DNA of 63,998 nt, counting the filler, from Streblomastix strix (Eukaryota): NCBI GenBank assembly GCA_008636045.1. It is 3 parts of 3 records of this genome, joined end to end, with 100 filler letters (N's around TTAATTAATTAA, not from the genome) between each part and the next. Parts side by side here need not be neighbours in the genome. Positions count along the whole stretch, not along the records: positions 1 to 21,831 come from SNRW01000351.1; positions 21,932 to 43,748 come from SNRW01000352.1; 1 more part is not named here. One strand, 5' to 3'. A program made the translations under genes and the position numbers. This document shows positions 15,788 to 30,300 of this stretch, one piece after another; position 1 is the first letter of the stretch; each line of letters opens with the position of its first letter. The notes below the pieces were generated by a model. That model was not told the origin of the DNA. It ran no database searches and worked only from the letters and a program-made list of their open reading frames with translations.

Positions 15788-16524
15788 ATGGGACTCCGCA
15801 GAATCTTTGAACTTTCATTTGTGGTCTATTTCGTCATCAATTTGATTACTGCATACATAATAAATTTTGAACAGTTCACTATAAGAGATCCTTCTAAATT
15901 CAAGTTCATTGAACAAGGTTCCAAGACTGTACGAGATCCAGACAACCCATATCCCATTTGGCCTCCAAAAGTTATTGTTGGTATGCTTAATATTTATTAT
16001 CTGCTTATTTAATTTCTATATAGATTACGTTCATGGATATGGATATAAAATTGAGCCCTTCTTAATAGCACGTCCGCCCCTCTGGATGGCAACAATACTC
16101 ATTGAAGCTCTCCTTTTTGGCCCATATTATATATATGCTATCTATTCATTTATCAAAGTATGTGCAAAATTAATTATTACTTATTATTAATTACTTGTAT
16201 ATGTATTTACTATTTGAATTATTATGGATAGAGACTAAATCGTATTAGAGATCTAACTGTTGTTTATGCCGTGATGATGCTTACAGTTTAATTTATTATC
16301 CTCATCTACTTTTTATTTATTATATTTTTTATTATTCAATTATTCAGAAAATGGTGATAATTACCTCAGTCCACTATTTTGATGAGAATCTTAAATCACC
16401 ACACCCACATCTTGCACTGTTGAATCATCTGCCTTGGTTTATCTTTCCAATTGCTCTGTTGGTGTGGATGCTACCAACACAATCGCCTTTCGGAAGAAAA
16501 GGGAAAAAAAGTAAAAAAGAATGA
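15788..16524 (+). CDS. EXPERA-domain (TMEM97/EBP/TM6SF-like) membrane protein
   Basis: Four exons giving four hydrophobic segments, with EPFLIARPPLWMATILIEALLFGPYYIYAIYSF and NHLPWFIFPIALL. Lysine-rich C-terminus KKSKKE resembles an ER-retrieval signal. Confidence 0.75.
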
Positions 16525-16776
16525 AACAGAAATATTAATACTATGAAAACAAAAACATGCAGTCGAATCAAATACGAACTATTGTTTTTTTTTCATATAT
16601 TAACTTCACTGATAAAATAAATGAGCTCAATACATATTTATGAATTATTTTCCTGTTTATTCTTTTAATTGTTTAGAGAATGAAGTGAATGAACATGTGG
16701 TGTGGTATAAATCATGAAAGGATTGAAACCATAATACATAAGAGAGAGATAATTGGATTCATTATTTTCTCTTACA

Positions 16777-18449
16777 TCATTCGATCTTTGCTTCAGTAAC
16801 ATCGTTTGATCCAATTAGTTCGATTTTTATTTCAACTTCATCGTTTGTAACAACTGGCTCGTCATCTTCTGGATTTTTCAAAAATTTAGAAAGATCAGCA
16901 AAATGAACCTATATCTAATTCTAAGCGGAGTTTTTGTATTCCATTTAAGAACCATTTGATCCCCTAGATGTCAAATCAGCGCGCATCTTTGTTTGTAGCT
17001 TTGGTGATTATGGTTTTGTTAGTGGGAGAACTGATCCGGAGAAAGGATGAGGTGGAGTTGTTGAACCTTGCATAATTGGCTATGCATGAAACACCATATC
17101 TTTACGCATTAATTCTACCTCTACTGCTTCTTCCTTCTTTCGTTATTCTTCTTCTAATTATTGTAATTTTTCCTTCTCTCTCTCCTACTCAGCAAGTTTC
17201 TCATTGAAAGCTTTCCTCTCTGATGCACGAACATCTGAGGCTAATATTGGAGGACATTGATTAATTGACTGGCGCATAATTGGTGCTATTATGAAAGGTG
17301 CTTAATTGAGAACTTTTGCTGGGGCAGCTCTGAATTCCCTAGCTTTTTTCATTGCCTCTTCTTCCTCTTCTTTCTTCTTTTTTCATTATTCTTCTTCTTA
17401 CATTCGGATCTTATCACCTACCAAAGTAAATGGTTATATGGTTGTTGTTGGTGTTTTGTGTCTTGGAGTCCCCAAGCTTTCATCTGTCAGTTTTGCTGGT
17501 GCCGCTTTGAATTATCGTGCTTCTTCTTCCTTCTTCCGAGCTTATTCAACTTCTTATGCAAGTTTATCTTCGTACATTCTGCCTCTTAGTTGGGTAGCTA
17601 GGTTAAATTCATGAAAATCAATTTTGGTTTCAGCTTTTTTGACTTCCATAATCTTATAGTCAGGCATTGATCTGGCCTTAAACTCCCTCTTTTTCTTCTC
17701 TTCTTCTTCTTTTTCTTTCTGCTTGTTCATCATATCTATTTCTATTTATTTCATGATATGTTCAGTTCTGAGAAAGAATGGTTCAGGAAGAGTCGGACTT
17801 GCGATGCGTTTCTCTGGGACTCCTAAAGGCTGAATTTAAAAATAATATAAAATTTATATTGGATATAATATTAATTGTCAAACTTCTTAGAAAAGCTTTG
17901 GATTTAATTTTGTTGTCTTCACTGTTTCAGCACTTTTATCATCTTCAACGAATGAAACTTTAGATTTGGGTCTGTGAAGTACTTAAGGCGACTATATAAA
18001 ATAATAAAATAATCAAATCTTATTATTATAGAAATAAAACTAAAATACTTTTGGGATAGTTGGCTAAGGCTTTCCTAACCTCTTCACGCCAAGCATTCCA
18101 CCTCCGCTGATGACCTGGATATAGATATGTTTAATATGAAATTAAAACATATAAATAAATAAAATTATATATAAATAAAACCTTTTTATTAAATGGCATC
18201 GCACGAAATTGTTGTTTTTTCATTTATTCAACTTCAATGTTCTCCTTCTCCACGGCTGATTATACACTAACGGGTCTTGAACGTTTTTAAGTTTATAAGC
18301 TAAATTCTACTGGGATTGTCTAATATAATTTAAATTTGATTTGTTAGTTAATAAAAAAAATTCAAAAAAAAATAATTCAAAAAAACCTTTGAAGGGCGTG
18401 AGCCAGAAGCACTGCTAGTTCTTTTTTATTAATCACAAATATTCGACAT
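16777..18449 (-). CDS. TPX2: TPX2-like microtubule-associated protein
   Basis: Repeated F(R/K)A.P motifs (QFRAMPFNKK, EFKARSMP, QFKAAPAK, EFRAAPAK) and TIPVEFSL/SPEPFLLRT. C-terminal ELMRKDMVFHAQPIM...PLTKPQSPKLQT is typical of the TPX2 domain. Several introns; the start codon is uncertain. Confidence 0.75.
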
Positions 18450-19011
18450 ACTGATTTATTGAAATGAATTTTAGTCCTTGACCAAAGATTGGATGTGAAA
18501 AATTTGAATCCCTTTTTTTATTTCTTAATCGAATTTCAACTGGATCGACGAAATTGTATATTGAATAAAAAATATATATATTACAATTTATTAATAAAAA
18601 ATATAAAATTTTACTACATTATTGACTATTCAACTTGTTGAATTTGAATTTAAATTTTGTTTTTATTTTCCTTAATTTAGTTTGATAATTATTTCAAAAC
18701 CAATCATAAAATATTATTATTTTCTTATTCTTCATTTCAATCTTAATCTTATTTTTTCTTTAACCTTACTCTTTTTCTTTAATTCACCTATTTTTTTAAT
18801 TTTTTAATTTCTTTTTCACTCGTTATTTAAAATTTAAAATTATTTATTATTATTTATAAATTTCAAATTATTTAATCTATTTATTTAACTTTTATTTCAA
18901 TTTAGCTTCAAATTTAACATAATAATTACATTAGAAAATTTATTTTTTTAAAATTAGAAAATTCACTTATTTTTTCCATTTATCTATTATTATACTATCC
19001 AGAATTTTGAA

Positions 19012-21831
19012 ATGGATCCAGAACTCCTTAGAAAAATGAGTAAAAAGATTGCCCAACTTACAAGGGTCATTTATCAGCTACATACAAGATAAGATGACTT
19101 TGAGCTTGAAACACAACAACACACTGAACGTTATGAAGCCGAAATTGCAAATGTTTGCAGAATATATTAAATTTAACTTTTTATTATTATATTTATTTTC
19201 TAGATTATGGAGGAAACAAAAAAGCGCATTAACGAATACAAGTAGGCTATTGAAAATCGTCAAAATGATCCAGGACTGCGTGATGTTATGAAGGTTATCA
19301 TTTTATATAATCTTTTATTAATAATTTCTTTTGTGTATTCAATAATATAAACTCTGTACAGCAACTTACAGCTTAGCATGAAGAGGAAAAGAAAAAAGCT
19401 TTGGATCAATTTCAAGCTTTCTAACGATAAGCGCTTCAGAATGAACAACGTCTCAAAGAAATGTCAGAATTGCGTATTAAAGACATGCTTACTGAAGCTT
19501 CTGCTACAAAAGAGTCATTTTAGAAGACAGTTGAAGCTCTTCAATAACAACTAAAAGATTCTGAAAATATAACAAAGAAAGCATTAGATTAGTAAAAAGA
19601 AGAACATTAGAAAGAAACATCTAATTTAGTGAGAGAATATAATGCCAAGTATAATTTATTAGAAGCAGAAAAGTTTAAAAAAGAAATGTCCTTAGAAAAC
19701 TAAAACCAAAAGCTTACATAAGAGCTGACTAAGATGAAAGAAGAAGGAGAAAGAGCTCTTAAAAGAATTGAAGAATTAGAAGATGAAGTTGAGAAGGAGA
19801 GAAAGATAAGGAATGAATAAGCATCTGATGCTGATCAGAATATTCGTAAAGTTGAGGAAGAAAGACAGAAGAAGCTTCAATAAGCTAAATAGAGGGAATC
19901 AGAATTAGAGGCAGAATTATCCAAATTAAAGAATAGTCTTGAAGAAGCAATATAGAAATAAAGATTCATATAAGAGGATGGATTATAAAAAGAGAAGATG
20001 TTAAGAGATTAGATATCTTAATTACAACATGACATGGAAGGAAATAAATCAAAATAGGGGAACGAAGAGAAATTACGATAATAAGAAATATAACTTAGAT
20101 AAAAAGAGATATAACAGTTGTAGACATAGATACAAGAATTAGATAAATAAAAACGTCTTGAATAGAAACAATATGAAGAATAAATAAATAAATTGAGGAG
20201 AGAGAAAGAACTTGCAGAAGTTGAAGGTGCTTAGTTGAAATTGAAATTAGCATAAGTATAAGACTCTGAATAAACTACTAAATAAAAAGGTAGTACACAA
20301 TTAGCTGAAACAGAAAAGCTATATAAATCATAACTAGAATAAGCAAAGAGATAATAAGAAGAGTAATTAGCATTGTTGAATGAACGTCTTAAGAAAGAAT
20401 AAGAAGCTGCAATTATTAGAATATAAGCAGAGAAAGATAAAGAGAAAGTAGATGCATTGAAGGATCTTGAGAATAGACTATAATAAGAACATGATAAAGA
20501 TAGAGCCAGGATCTTAGCTGAATCATAAGCATTACTTTCTGGGGAAAGTGGAAGAGCTCATGATTAGATGGAAGCTCTAAAGAAAGAACTTATTAATTCT
20601 CATCGCGTTTGTGAAGAGAGATAAAAATAATTAGAATCAGAATATCAACGAGCAAATATTGCTGAATAAAGAATATCTGAATTGTAGAAGAAGTTTGAAG
20701 AGTAAATAAGATAATATGAAGTAGATTTAATGAAAGAAAAGAAAGAAAGAGAGAAATAAAGGAAAGAATTAGAATAAGCATTGGAATAAGCAGAGAAGAA
20801 TAAGAAGAAGTTAATGGATGAAGCAGCTGATCATGAAGCTACACTCCTTCGAAGTCAAAAATAGTTATTAGAAGCTAAAGAAGCAGAAATTGCAATTTAG
20901 AAGAATAGTGCACAATCATCAACATAAACATTGGAATAACAAATTGTATCATTAAGAAAGAGTTTATAATAATCAGAAGAGAGAGAAAGAAATGAAAGAC
21001 AATAAAAAGATGTTATTTAAGCTCAATTGAATGAATAGATCATGAATCTCCGTAATTAGATTGATTAATTAACAAATAAATCAAATGAATAAGAAAGAAG
21101 ACATTAATAAGAATAAGGTGATAGATAGAGAGAACTGACTACACTTAAATCTAAATTAGCAGAAGAAGAGAAGAAGAGAAAAGATGACATTCGTAGATTG
21201 GCAGAAGAAAGAAACTTACTTGAGAAAAAGAAAGCAGAAGAAATGATTAAAGCAATTGAATCACATAAATAATAGATGGCAATGTTATAAGCAGCCCATG
21301 AATAAGAACTTGCAAGAGGAAGTGGGAATCTAGCTGATAAGGATAGATCTCATTAATCAGCCATTGCTGCACTAAGATCTCAACAATAAGCATAATTATT
21401 AGATCTATAGTAAAAATCACGATTAGAAATTGAAGAAGCAATGAAAACTGCTTATGAGAAATTTGCAGGTGAGAAAGAATCAGCTCTTCTCCAATTAGAA
21501 GCAAGATTAAGATCTGAAGCTTAATAAGAAAGAAAACGCTTAGAAGAAGAAGCCAGATCTCATCTTGCAACAGAAGCAGGTAAAGCGAGTAAATAAATAG
21601 AGTATCTTTAATCTGAAGCAGAAAAAGCCAGATTAGACGCTGAATAAACTATGAGAGAGGTTACTAATGCTAAAAGAGATAAATAGTCAATTATTCTTAG
21701 AGCTGAACAAGCTGAATAAGCAGCTCAGAAATTAGTAACAGAATTGGAATCTCTTCGTCGTACAATTCAGAATAATGAGTAGAGTATTCAATCATTGAAA
21801 GATGAAATGAAAAAGCGTCTTCGTGAATAAG
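19012..21831 (+). CDS. FAM184: FAM184-like coiled-coil protein (3' truncated by gap)
   Basis: MDPELLRKMSKKIAQLTRVIYQLHTRQDDFE matches the FAM184 N-terminal motif, followed by a long E/K/Q coiled coil. Two introns; runs into the N gap. Confidence 0.8.
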
Positions 21832-21931
21832 NNNNNNNNNNNNNNNNNNNNNNNNNNNNNNNNNNNNNNNNNNNNTTAATTAATTAANNNNNNNNNNNNN
21901 NNNNNNNNNNNNNNNNNNNNNNNNNNNNNNN

Positions 21932-22237
21932 GAAACAACAAGATTTTCTTTTTGTTGGTCCGATCCTTTACTTAAGATGTTAGCAGTGTGTTCAGTTAAG
22001 CTAATATCCTCACGGATAATAAATTTATCAATTTCATCCTCGCTCTATTATGTATAAGTGCAAAATATGAATTTAATATTTATTTAAATTAAAATATAAA
22101 AGAAGAACAATAAGAAAAATATTTTTTATAAAAAAAAATTGAAAATGTTTTCATACTCGAGTTTATATTGGATAAGTTTCAATCTTTTCGTCAACTTCAA
22201 ATATGAATTTACTACCATCTAAAAAGCGAGAAGCCAT
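21932..22237 (-). CDS. PPP4R4-like HEAT protein, N-terminal fragment (truncated by gap)
   Basis: MASRFLDG...QTR|SEDEIDKFIIREDISLTEHTANILSKGSDQQKKILLF resembles the N-terminus of PP4 regulatory subunit 4. One intron. Confidence 0.55.
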
Positions 22238-23393
22238 TTTAAATCCAAAATGCCTATTTATATAAGAAATATAAGAAATATGCATGATTTGTGATAATTA
22301 AAAAATTAACTGAATTTTAATTTAAGAAAATGTCTGGTGGGTGAGATCTTTTTTTGTAAGAACATGCTAAATGCAACTTTAATAATAATTAGCGAAAATT
22401 ATGAACTTATACTGTTGGAAAAAAATGCTGAATTATAGTTCGTATGTCGATTTTGATTTAAAAAAATTTCTCAAGCTCCAAAAACATCATTACTTCAAAT
22501 AAGAGATAGTTCAAATAAAATTTAAGATAAATGTATATATTTATGTATAAAAATTAAACTTATTTAGTTCAGAACATATATGACTGCTTGCGATAAGATT
22601 ATTTAAATATAAAATAAAATCTGGCTTAGCAATTGCAGAAAAATATTGCTAATAATAGATTTTGTTTAGAGTTTCAAATATATGTTATCTTGGCTATGAA
22701 TGTCTACTTCTGTCTCAATTACTTCGTTCGAATTGTTTCTATAAATTTAAATTTATGATAAAAAAATTTCTTTAATTTGTGGATTATTTGTCGTACGCTT
22801 AAAATGGTTGATTCAACATTTATTTATATGTGTAATTAACACTCAAATATTCTGAAAAATCAACAATTCGAGATCGAAAAATAAAAAAATGGTTCAGATC
22901 GAAATACGAACAAGTCAAATGCTATAATTAAATTTATTTTTAAACCAACAATATTATTACTAATTGGCTTAAAATGAATTTGACTCGTTAAAAAGAATGA
23001 TTGCCTTATAAATGATTAATTTTTATTCAGAGAATTATTTATTTTAATTTTGTATATATATTTATTAAATCTAATATTTAAACATGTTAAATACACAATT
23101 TATATTATTAACATTATGAACAAAGAGAAAAAATTATTTTTTTTTAAAAATCACCGTCAGCCATATTATTACATTTTTATTGTTAAATAGCCATATATTT
23201 GTAATATATTTATAATAATATCCATGTTATAACAATTAATTAATGAAAAATAAACAATTTCATAATACTTACGCACTTTGCAATTATTCGACTTCATTGG
23301 ATACAAATTTATATTTTATATTAATTTTTTAATATACTTTTCTCTTTTAAAAATTTTACATGTCCTTATTCTATTTATTACTTCATTTTTTAG

Positions 23394-24518
23394 ATGGAAG
23401 AGGAACGTGCTGAACAATTAGAAATCCCGCATGTCCCGCCTCTCCCAAACAACACTCTTCATGTAATGAAGACTTCAAATGTTCTTGCTGTTGCCCCTAG
23501 GCCTTTTTCAGAGGAAAATTATCGTGCTGAATTTGAAGCTGAGGAAAAGGAGCCAATATCAAGAGCCAGAAAAGTCCTTAGATGGAGATATGTTACTGGA
23601 CCTGATAATATAATCAGAGTATGTTTGATTATATCTATTATTAATTATATATATAATATTATAAACACATTTATTCTCTATATCTTCATAAAGAGGGAAT
23701 CTAATGCAAACTTTGTTGTATGGAATGATGGGAGTACGAGTTTATTCATTGGAAATGAATGCTTTGATCTTATTGTGAATGTGTGTAATTCTCTTCTTAA
23801 AATATTATTCACATTAATTAATTTAGAAAGAAGATCCTCAATCAAATTATATATTTGTAGGAGCTGGAAATGTTATGAGAGCGTAAGGAAGAGTTGCAAG
23901 TACAATAAGTGCACATCCTGTAAATACTGATAGTTAGTATGTAAATTCAATTTAAATATTGTATTATATTTACTATTTATTATTCTGTAATGTTTATATT
24001 ATATTATATTCAGAACTCATTAGTCATTAAGTGATGCATTATCATTGCGATTTAAGAATCAAGATAAAGTTGGTAGTCATGTTATTCAACGTGATCCAAT
24101 ATAGGAGAAGTTGAAGTTAATTGAAGCAGGAGAGAAGATGGAATAAGTCCATAAATAAATAAAGAGGAAGACTAATAAAGATAATCTGAATACAAATGAT
24201 ATGATTAAAGAGTATGATGATGATGGAGATTAAGAAGAAGTTGGAATGGAAAGAGATATGGAAGATGAAGGGAAATTAACTGATGATGAAAATACTGATG
24301 AAATGAAAGTAAAGAAAAAAGGAAGAAGAAAAACATAACGAAAAAGAAAAACTATAAATGCGAAGAAGAAGAAAGGAAGAAGACGTAACAGGGATGTAGA
24401 TGATGAAGATATTGATGAAGATGAACCTGATGAGGAACCAGAAGAATAAGAGGAGGAGGAAGATGAAGACCATGAAAGTGATATTGATTTCAGTGGAAGT
24501 AGTGGGAGTGGGGATTGA
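23394..24518 (+). CDS. LEO1: Leo1 (PAF1 complex subunit)
   Basis: SNVLAVAPRPF...LRWRY...RESNANFVVWNDGSTSLFIGNECFDL is the Leo1 signature. Acidic tail, three introns, TGA at 24516. Confidence 0.85.
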
Positions 24519-24977
24519 AGATCTTTATTAGTCTTTTAATACAATTTTGTTATGAAAAATATTATGAAAAGTTTGTGACTCATTTTATAGAAGTGGGATT
24601 CAATTTGGGTAAAATATTTTTTATTTTGCGCGATATGTGCTATTCTTTGACAAATTATTATTATTAAATGTAAATATATTCAATAAGGAAAAAGAAATCG
24701 CCAAAATAATTTTTCTATCTTAATCTAATATAAAATTTTGGTTTTGAATATTTTAATTGAAAATAACATTTTTTAACATATAATTTTTATATTTATTCAT
24801 TATTTTTAACTGTGAAAATGGATCAATAACAAATTTGTTTTTGTACATTTTGAATCGCTTACTGTGCGAACCCTAAATTATATAGAAATACATAAATTTG
24901 TTTAATATATTAGTTTAAATATTTATAACCAAATATAATATAAATAAAGCCATATTATATTATTTTTATTAGACTTA

Positions 24978-27018
24978 ATGGCGTAAACAGTTATAACACC
25001 AAACAAGAGCAAAATCTTCGATGTTGATAAGATAAATTCTGTGGCGCTACTTGGACGTATCACGACTGCACGCTCGGGACCTGCTCCAATAACAGGAACG
25101 GGGAATATCAATACAATTAGCTCTAAAATTTCAACAAACTCAAGAACAACTGTAGAATAAGTAGCTAGTACTCCTGCCATCATTGGTACGAAACTCACAT
25201 CTCCAATAAAATCGCAGGGTACCTCATCAAATGTTAATCAGAAGGGTATGGTACCATATGCAAACAAGACTTTCGAGATACTGCGTGATACTAGAGCAAA
25301 GAAACTATTTGTACCAAAGAAAAAGAAAGGCTCCTCATACTCTACATCTAAATCAACAGCCTCAATAAGTAAGTCAATTTATACTCCATTATTAAATGAA
25401 GAAGGAAATTGGATGAGAAAGGAAGCCAGTCATCTTCTTGCTCCTGCTGAAAAATACATTGAAGAAAAAAAAGCAAAATAATCTGGAGTTGTTTTGAACA
25501 ATGAATCTGGTAATAAATTTGATCATTTAATGAAGGAGAAAGAGAAATAACTTAAATTAGATAAAGAGAAGGAAAAGAATGATTAAATTTATTTGGATGA
25601 AGATATCAATGACAACGATAGAATTAGTTTAGAAAAAGATAAATTAAAAGATAAATCAAAATAATAGACTCGTCTTCCATGTATTTTATATCTTTATTAT
25701 ATTTATATTTATATTTATTTTATTTTCTATTCTATTTAGCTAAGAAGATCTATATTGAATCCTTACTCTCTCCAAGTGTTGGACTCACTCATCTTCTATC
25801 TAATATACAATAATAGAATTTAGGATGTTAGGAAGGAGAGGAAGTATAATAATATTTAATCATTCATTCAATTAAAGAGAAATAATAAGAAATATTTCAT
25901 TCATTTACTTACTTATTATATTATTATATCAGCTCATATATGTCCGTAGACTACTTGATACATGTGCAAATTGGGCTGAGAATATTTCACCGGGTTTTAC
26001 ATTTGAATAATTCCTTCCTAAAATAGAGAAGATGTCTACAAATGATACTGTTATGGTATAATTATAAATTGATTCTTATTATTTATTTATTATTTATTTA
26101 TTTATTATCTTCAATATTGATATGATGATGTTTATTATTCAGCGATTCTTGGGTCAGATTAGAGCAAAATACAGTCCATTTTCATCTACATTTGGAATGG
26201 ATATTGATGAATTCATATAAATGACTCTTAATAACTAAAAAGATGGTAAATAGATGATTAGAGATAATGAGGAAGATGATGAATACAATATGTATGATGA
26301 TATTAATTAAATCAATGAAAAAGAAACAAATTAAAAAATAAATGAAAATAATAATAAGAGTAATTATGGAGTTGCATAAAAATAATTTGTTACAAATAAA
26401 GTACCTAAAATAACTGGATTAGAAATATTAGAGCATAAAAGATAGAAAGTGAAATAAGAAGATGATAATAAATAGAATGAAAATGAAAGCAGTGAAAGTG
26501 ACCTTGATTTTGCAGATATCGAAGCTCTTTTTAAATCAAAACCTGTAAAGAGAAAAAGAAACACTAATTAAAAGAAGAAGTAAAATGATATTTAAATAAA
26601 TGAAAAGAAAGATAGTGAAGATTTACCAATTAATGTTGATACAGATAGAAATGAAGTTGATAAATTAAATAAAGATGTTGGAAATGAAGTTGATAAATTA
26701 AATAAAGATGATGTTGGAAATGAAGTTGATAAATTAAATAAAGATGTTATTGGAAATGAAATTGATAGATTAAATAAAGATAATAATGAAAATACTGAAT
26801 AGAATGATATTGATTCTAGAAAGCGAAGGAGAATTGATGAGAACGAGGAGATGAATGAAAATATTGATTTAATTTTTCAAAGCATAGATAAGGATATAGA
26901 ATCATATGAAGAATATAATGATATAATTGAAGAAATCTAAGAAACTAAAGTTGAAAAGCCAAAACAAAAGAGAAGATTACACAAAGCAGATGATGAAGAT
27001 GATGAAGAAGATGAATGA
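24978..27018 (+). CDS. TIPIN/Swi3/Csm3-domain replication fork protection protein
   Basis: IYIESLLSPSVGLTHL...RLLDTCANWAENISPGFTFEQFLPKIEKM...V|RFLGQIR fits the Swi3 domain. Three introns and an acidic tail. Confidence 0.7.
26648..26780 (+). repeat. Coding tandem repeat, ~33-36 bp x4 (GNEVDKLNKD)
   Basis: GAAATGAAGTTGATAAATTAAATAAAGAT repeated four times, the last copy slightly diverged, in frame in the TIPIN-like tail. Confidence 0.85.
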
Positions 27019-27348
27019 TTAAATAAAGTCAATTTTATCTGTTTTTCAATTCACAAATCTATTTTTTTATATTTTATTAATTAATACTGATTTCTTTCTT
27101 CAATCATTTCACACTCATTATGTAATAATAATAATAAAATTTAAAGATCATAACAATTAGAACAATAATAATAGTTTAGCAACGAAGAGAACCACATAAA
27201 AAAGGCAAATTCAATTCGTTTGTAAAATAAATAAATAATGAGAAGCTAATTTGTTTGATCAAGTAAAACCCAACTCGGATCTCGAAAGATTAAGTATTAT
27301 AAAAATGAATAAATATCGAATGATAGTCAATTATTTGGGTAAGTATCA

Positions 27349-30300
27349 TCATATTATCTCTACTCTGAAGTTCTATAGTGGAAATTCACCTGTATTGAAA
27401 ACAGAGTAAATATTCTTTGAATTCCAACCTGCAAATGTAATAGAAGATAATTAAGGATGAAGAGAGAGTACCTATTGAGAATATAGATTAATAGAATGAA
27501 ATATATATAATTAATATAATTAATATAATTAATAGAATGAAATATATATCATTAATATAATTAATAGAATGAAATATATATAATTAATATAATTAATAGA
27601 ATGAAATATATAATAAATAAATATAATTAATATAATTAATATAATTATTAAATACCTTTGCAATGTCTGATTTCTTCTTCCCAAAAGTTACTTCACTTCT
27701 TTCTTTTGGATATTCTCCATTAAGCAAAATGATTCTTCTAAGATTCATATGTGTGTATATTATGAGTGGAATATGAGAGAATATNNNNNNNNNNNNNNNN
27801 NNNNNNNNNNNNNNNNNNNNNNNNNNNNNNNNNNNNNNNNNNNNNNNNNNNNNNNNNNNNNNNNNNNNNNNNNNNNNNNNNNNNTTGCAATGTCTGATTT
27901 CTTCTTCCCAAAAGTTACTTCACTTCTTTCTTTTGGATATTCTCCATTAAGCAAAATGATTCTTCTAAGATTCATATGTGTGTATATTATGAGTGGAATA
28001 TGAGAGAATATTGTATCAGGAAGATGAATTGGCGTATTTTATTATATAGATGTTGAATATGAAGATTAAGATGATTAGATCTGATTTGTACAACATAATT
28101 AATTTACTGCCAATTCAATTGCTGAATCAATATGTCTAAAACGTAATGTAAGATTTCTAAGAGAAGGAATTTATATCTTCGATTTTTAATCAACTTCATC
28201 AGTAAAGAATATTAAATGTAGAGGAAAATCAACAGAAAGTGATTTAAGATATTAGAATTATTTTAATTCAGAGAAATTAATGGATAATAATAATGAATTT
28301 GAAGTAGAAGAAGATAAAACAGAAAGTTCAGATAAATATTCTTTTCTCAATTGTTCTTCAACATTATTTGTTTTAACGAAAGTAATAAGAGGACTTTGTT
28401 ATTTATATACTTATTCTTAACTATCTTATGATTATCCTTCTTCAAGTATCTTCTTGTTCTCATTTTAGATCAATCTTCTTTTCAATAATTAATTCTATAT
28501 TAAGTATTTGAGAAGACTAACTCTAATATCTTCATTAACTGAAATATGCAACTTTTGAATTGAATTTGGAATTGAGGAGAAAATGGATGAAATAAAGTTA
28601 AGATGATATTAATTTTATTCATCTTTAATATCTTTATTTATTAATGTGTTTATATTTAATGCAATTTCTTTGATAGAAGTTAAAGATGATATGAATTTAT
28701 ATGCTTATGAAAGTTATTAATTGTTATCAACATTTTCTGTCTATTCTTAATCAGATAATATTTATTAATGAGGAATATAAATATCCAATCTTATCACTTC
28801 TAAAGATGAACTGTTTGTTTTCTTTTGCTTACTCAATTTCTTTTACTATTAATTATCTTCTTCTTATTATGATCTATTTTCATTCATAATTGTATTGGCA
28901 ATTGTGTAGAACGAAGAAATACATCCAGAATTTTATACATCAAATTGCTTTAATGAAAGATTTGAAAGAATACTTCGAATGAATTAACAAGCCTGACATT
29001 AACAGTTGAAATTAATCTGTTCTTTGTTTTCACCATCTAAAAGTCTATTTCTGTTAAATGAATTGTTTATTGAAAGATACTAAATCTTTGGAAATAGGAT
29101 ATGAAGAATAAATCTAATTTTATCTTTTTCTTTATTATCAATACTTTCATTTGAATGTGGAAGAGTTGGTACATTCACAATTTCAAGCAAACGGAGTTGA
29201 GATCTCAAATTAATCTAATCTTCTCCTTTATTCCAAATCCATCCTTCTCCTTTCAATTATTCATTCGCACAATTCTCAATTTTCAATTCTTTTAGTTTCA
29301 TCTCATCTTCTTTATTCTATTTTCTTTATTATTCATCTCTTAATCCAACTTATTCTTTCTCTTTCTAATCAACTTCAACTTCTTTTCCTTTCTTTTCGCT
29401 CAATCCAAATATTAGATCTACTATTCCTTAATCTGTTATTGTATTGCAATTACCCAAATGAAGTGTTACTAAACCTTTGCAATATTTTCTTATTTTAATA
29501 AGAGTTTAATCATTTAATTGGTATTATTGACTATGAAATATTGGTTGAATGTTGAATTTATTAGATGATGTTTATTAGCCGTCTTTTTCATCTATTATAC
29601 TAATCTACTTTCTCAAATGTTATATAATATTCAAATGCTTCAATTAATAAGGAGGAAGTGATCGAATAAGAAATACAACAGCTGAATGTGTTAATATCGC
29701 CACATTATCGAATGTTATTGATGTCAGATTTGGTAAATAACCTTTAATTTATTTTGTTGGTAGAGGTTTGACAGTGAAAAGTTAACCTTAATAAACTTTA
29801 CCTCCCTTCTGGGCATTTGGATTCTTCTATCCATCACTGAAGACTATTCTTTATTATGGTTTCTTACTGTCTTCAACAATCTTCTCTTTTTCTTTCTTCT
29901 TCTCTTCTTCTTTCTTTAATTTCTCTCTTCTTTGATCTTCATCGAATATTTTCTTTCTTCTTTATTCTTCTGTTTCATCTTCTTCATCATCTTCTTCTAT
30001 CATTTATTCATCTGTAGCTTCTGTTAATTCATCTTATTCTTATGAATCTGCATTTATTGTATCTGGGATTCCATCATCTGCAATTATTTCCGATTCATCT
30101 TTTTGATCTTATTTTTCACTAATTTTATTCTTCTTCTCTTATTTTTTCTCTTCTTCTTTCTTTTCAATTTCTTTATCCTATTCAAAGTCTTCTTCATTAA
30201 TTGAATCGGGAATCACTCCTTAAAATGAAGATAAATCTTTTGCATATAAAATATCAAATTCTTCATCATCATCATCTTCAAATGCAGATTAATCTTAAAG

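Noticed and set aside
21832..21931. TTAATTAATTAA embedded in an N run (again at 43749-43848)
   Set aside because: Artificial six-frame-stop linker used in assembly. It is not biological, and adjacency across it is unproven.
27658..28011. ~126-bp direct duplication on both sides of the 100-N gap
   Set aside because: Identical sequence flanking a gap indicates unmerged overlapping contig ends.
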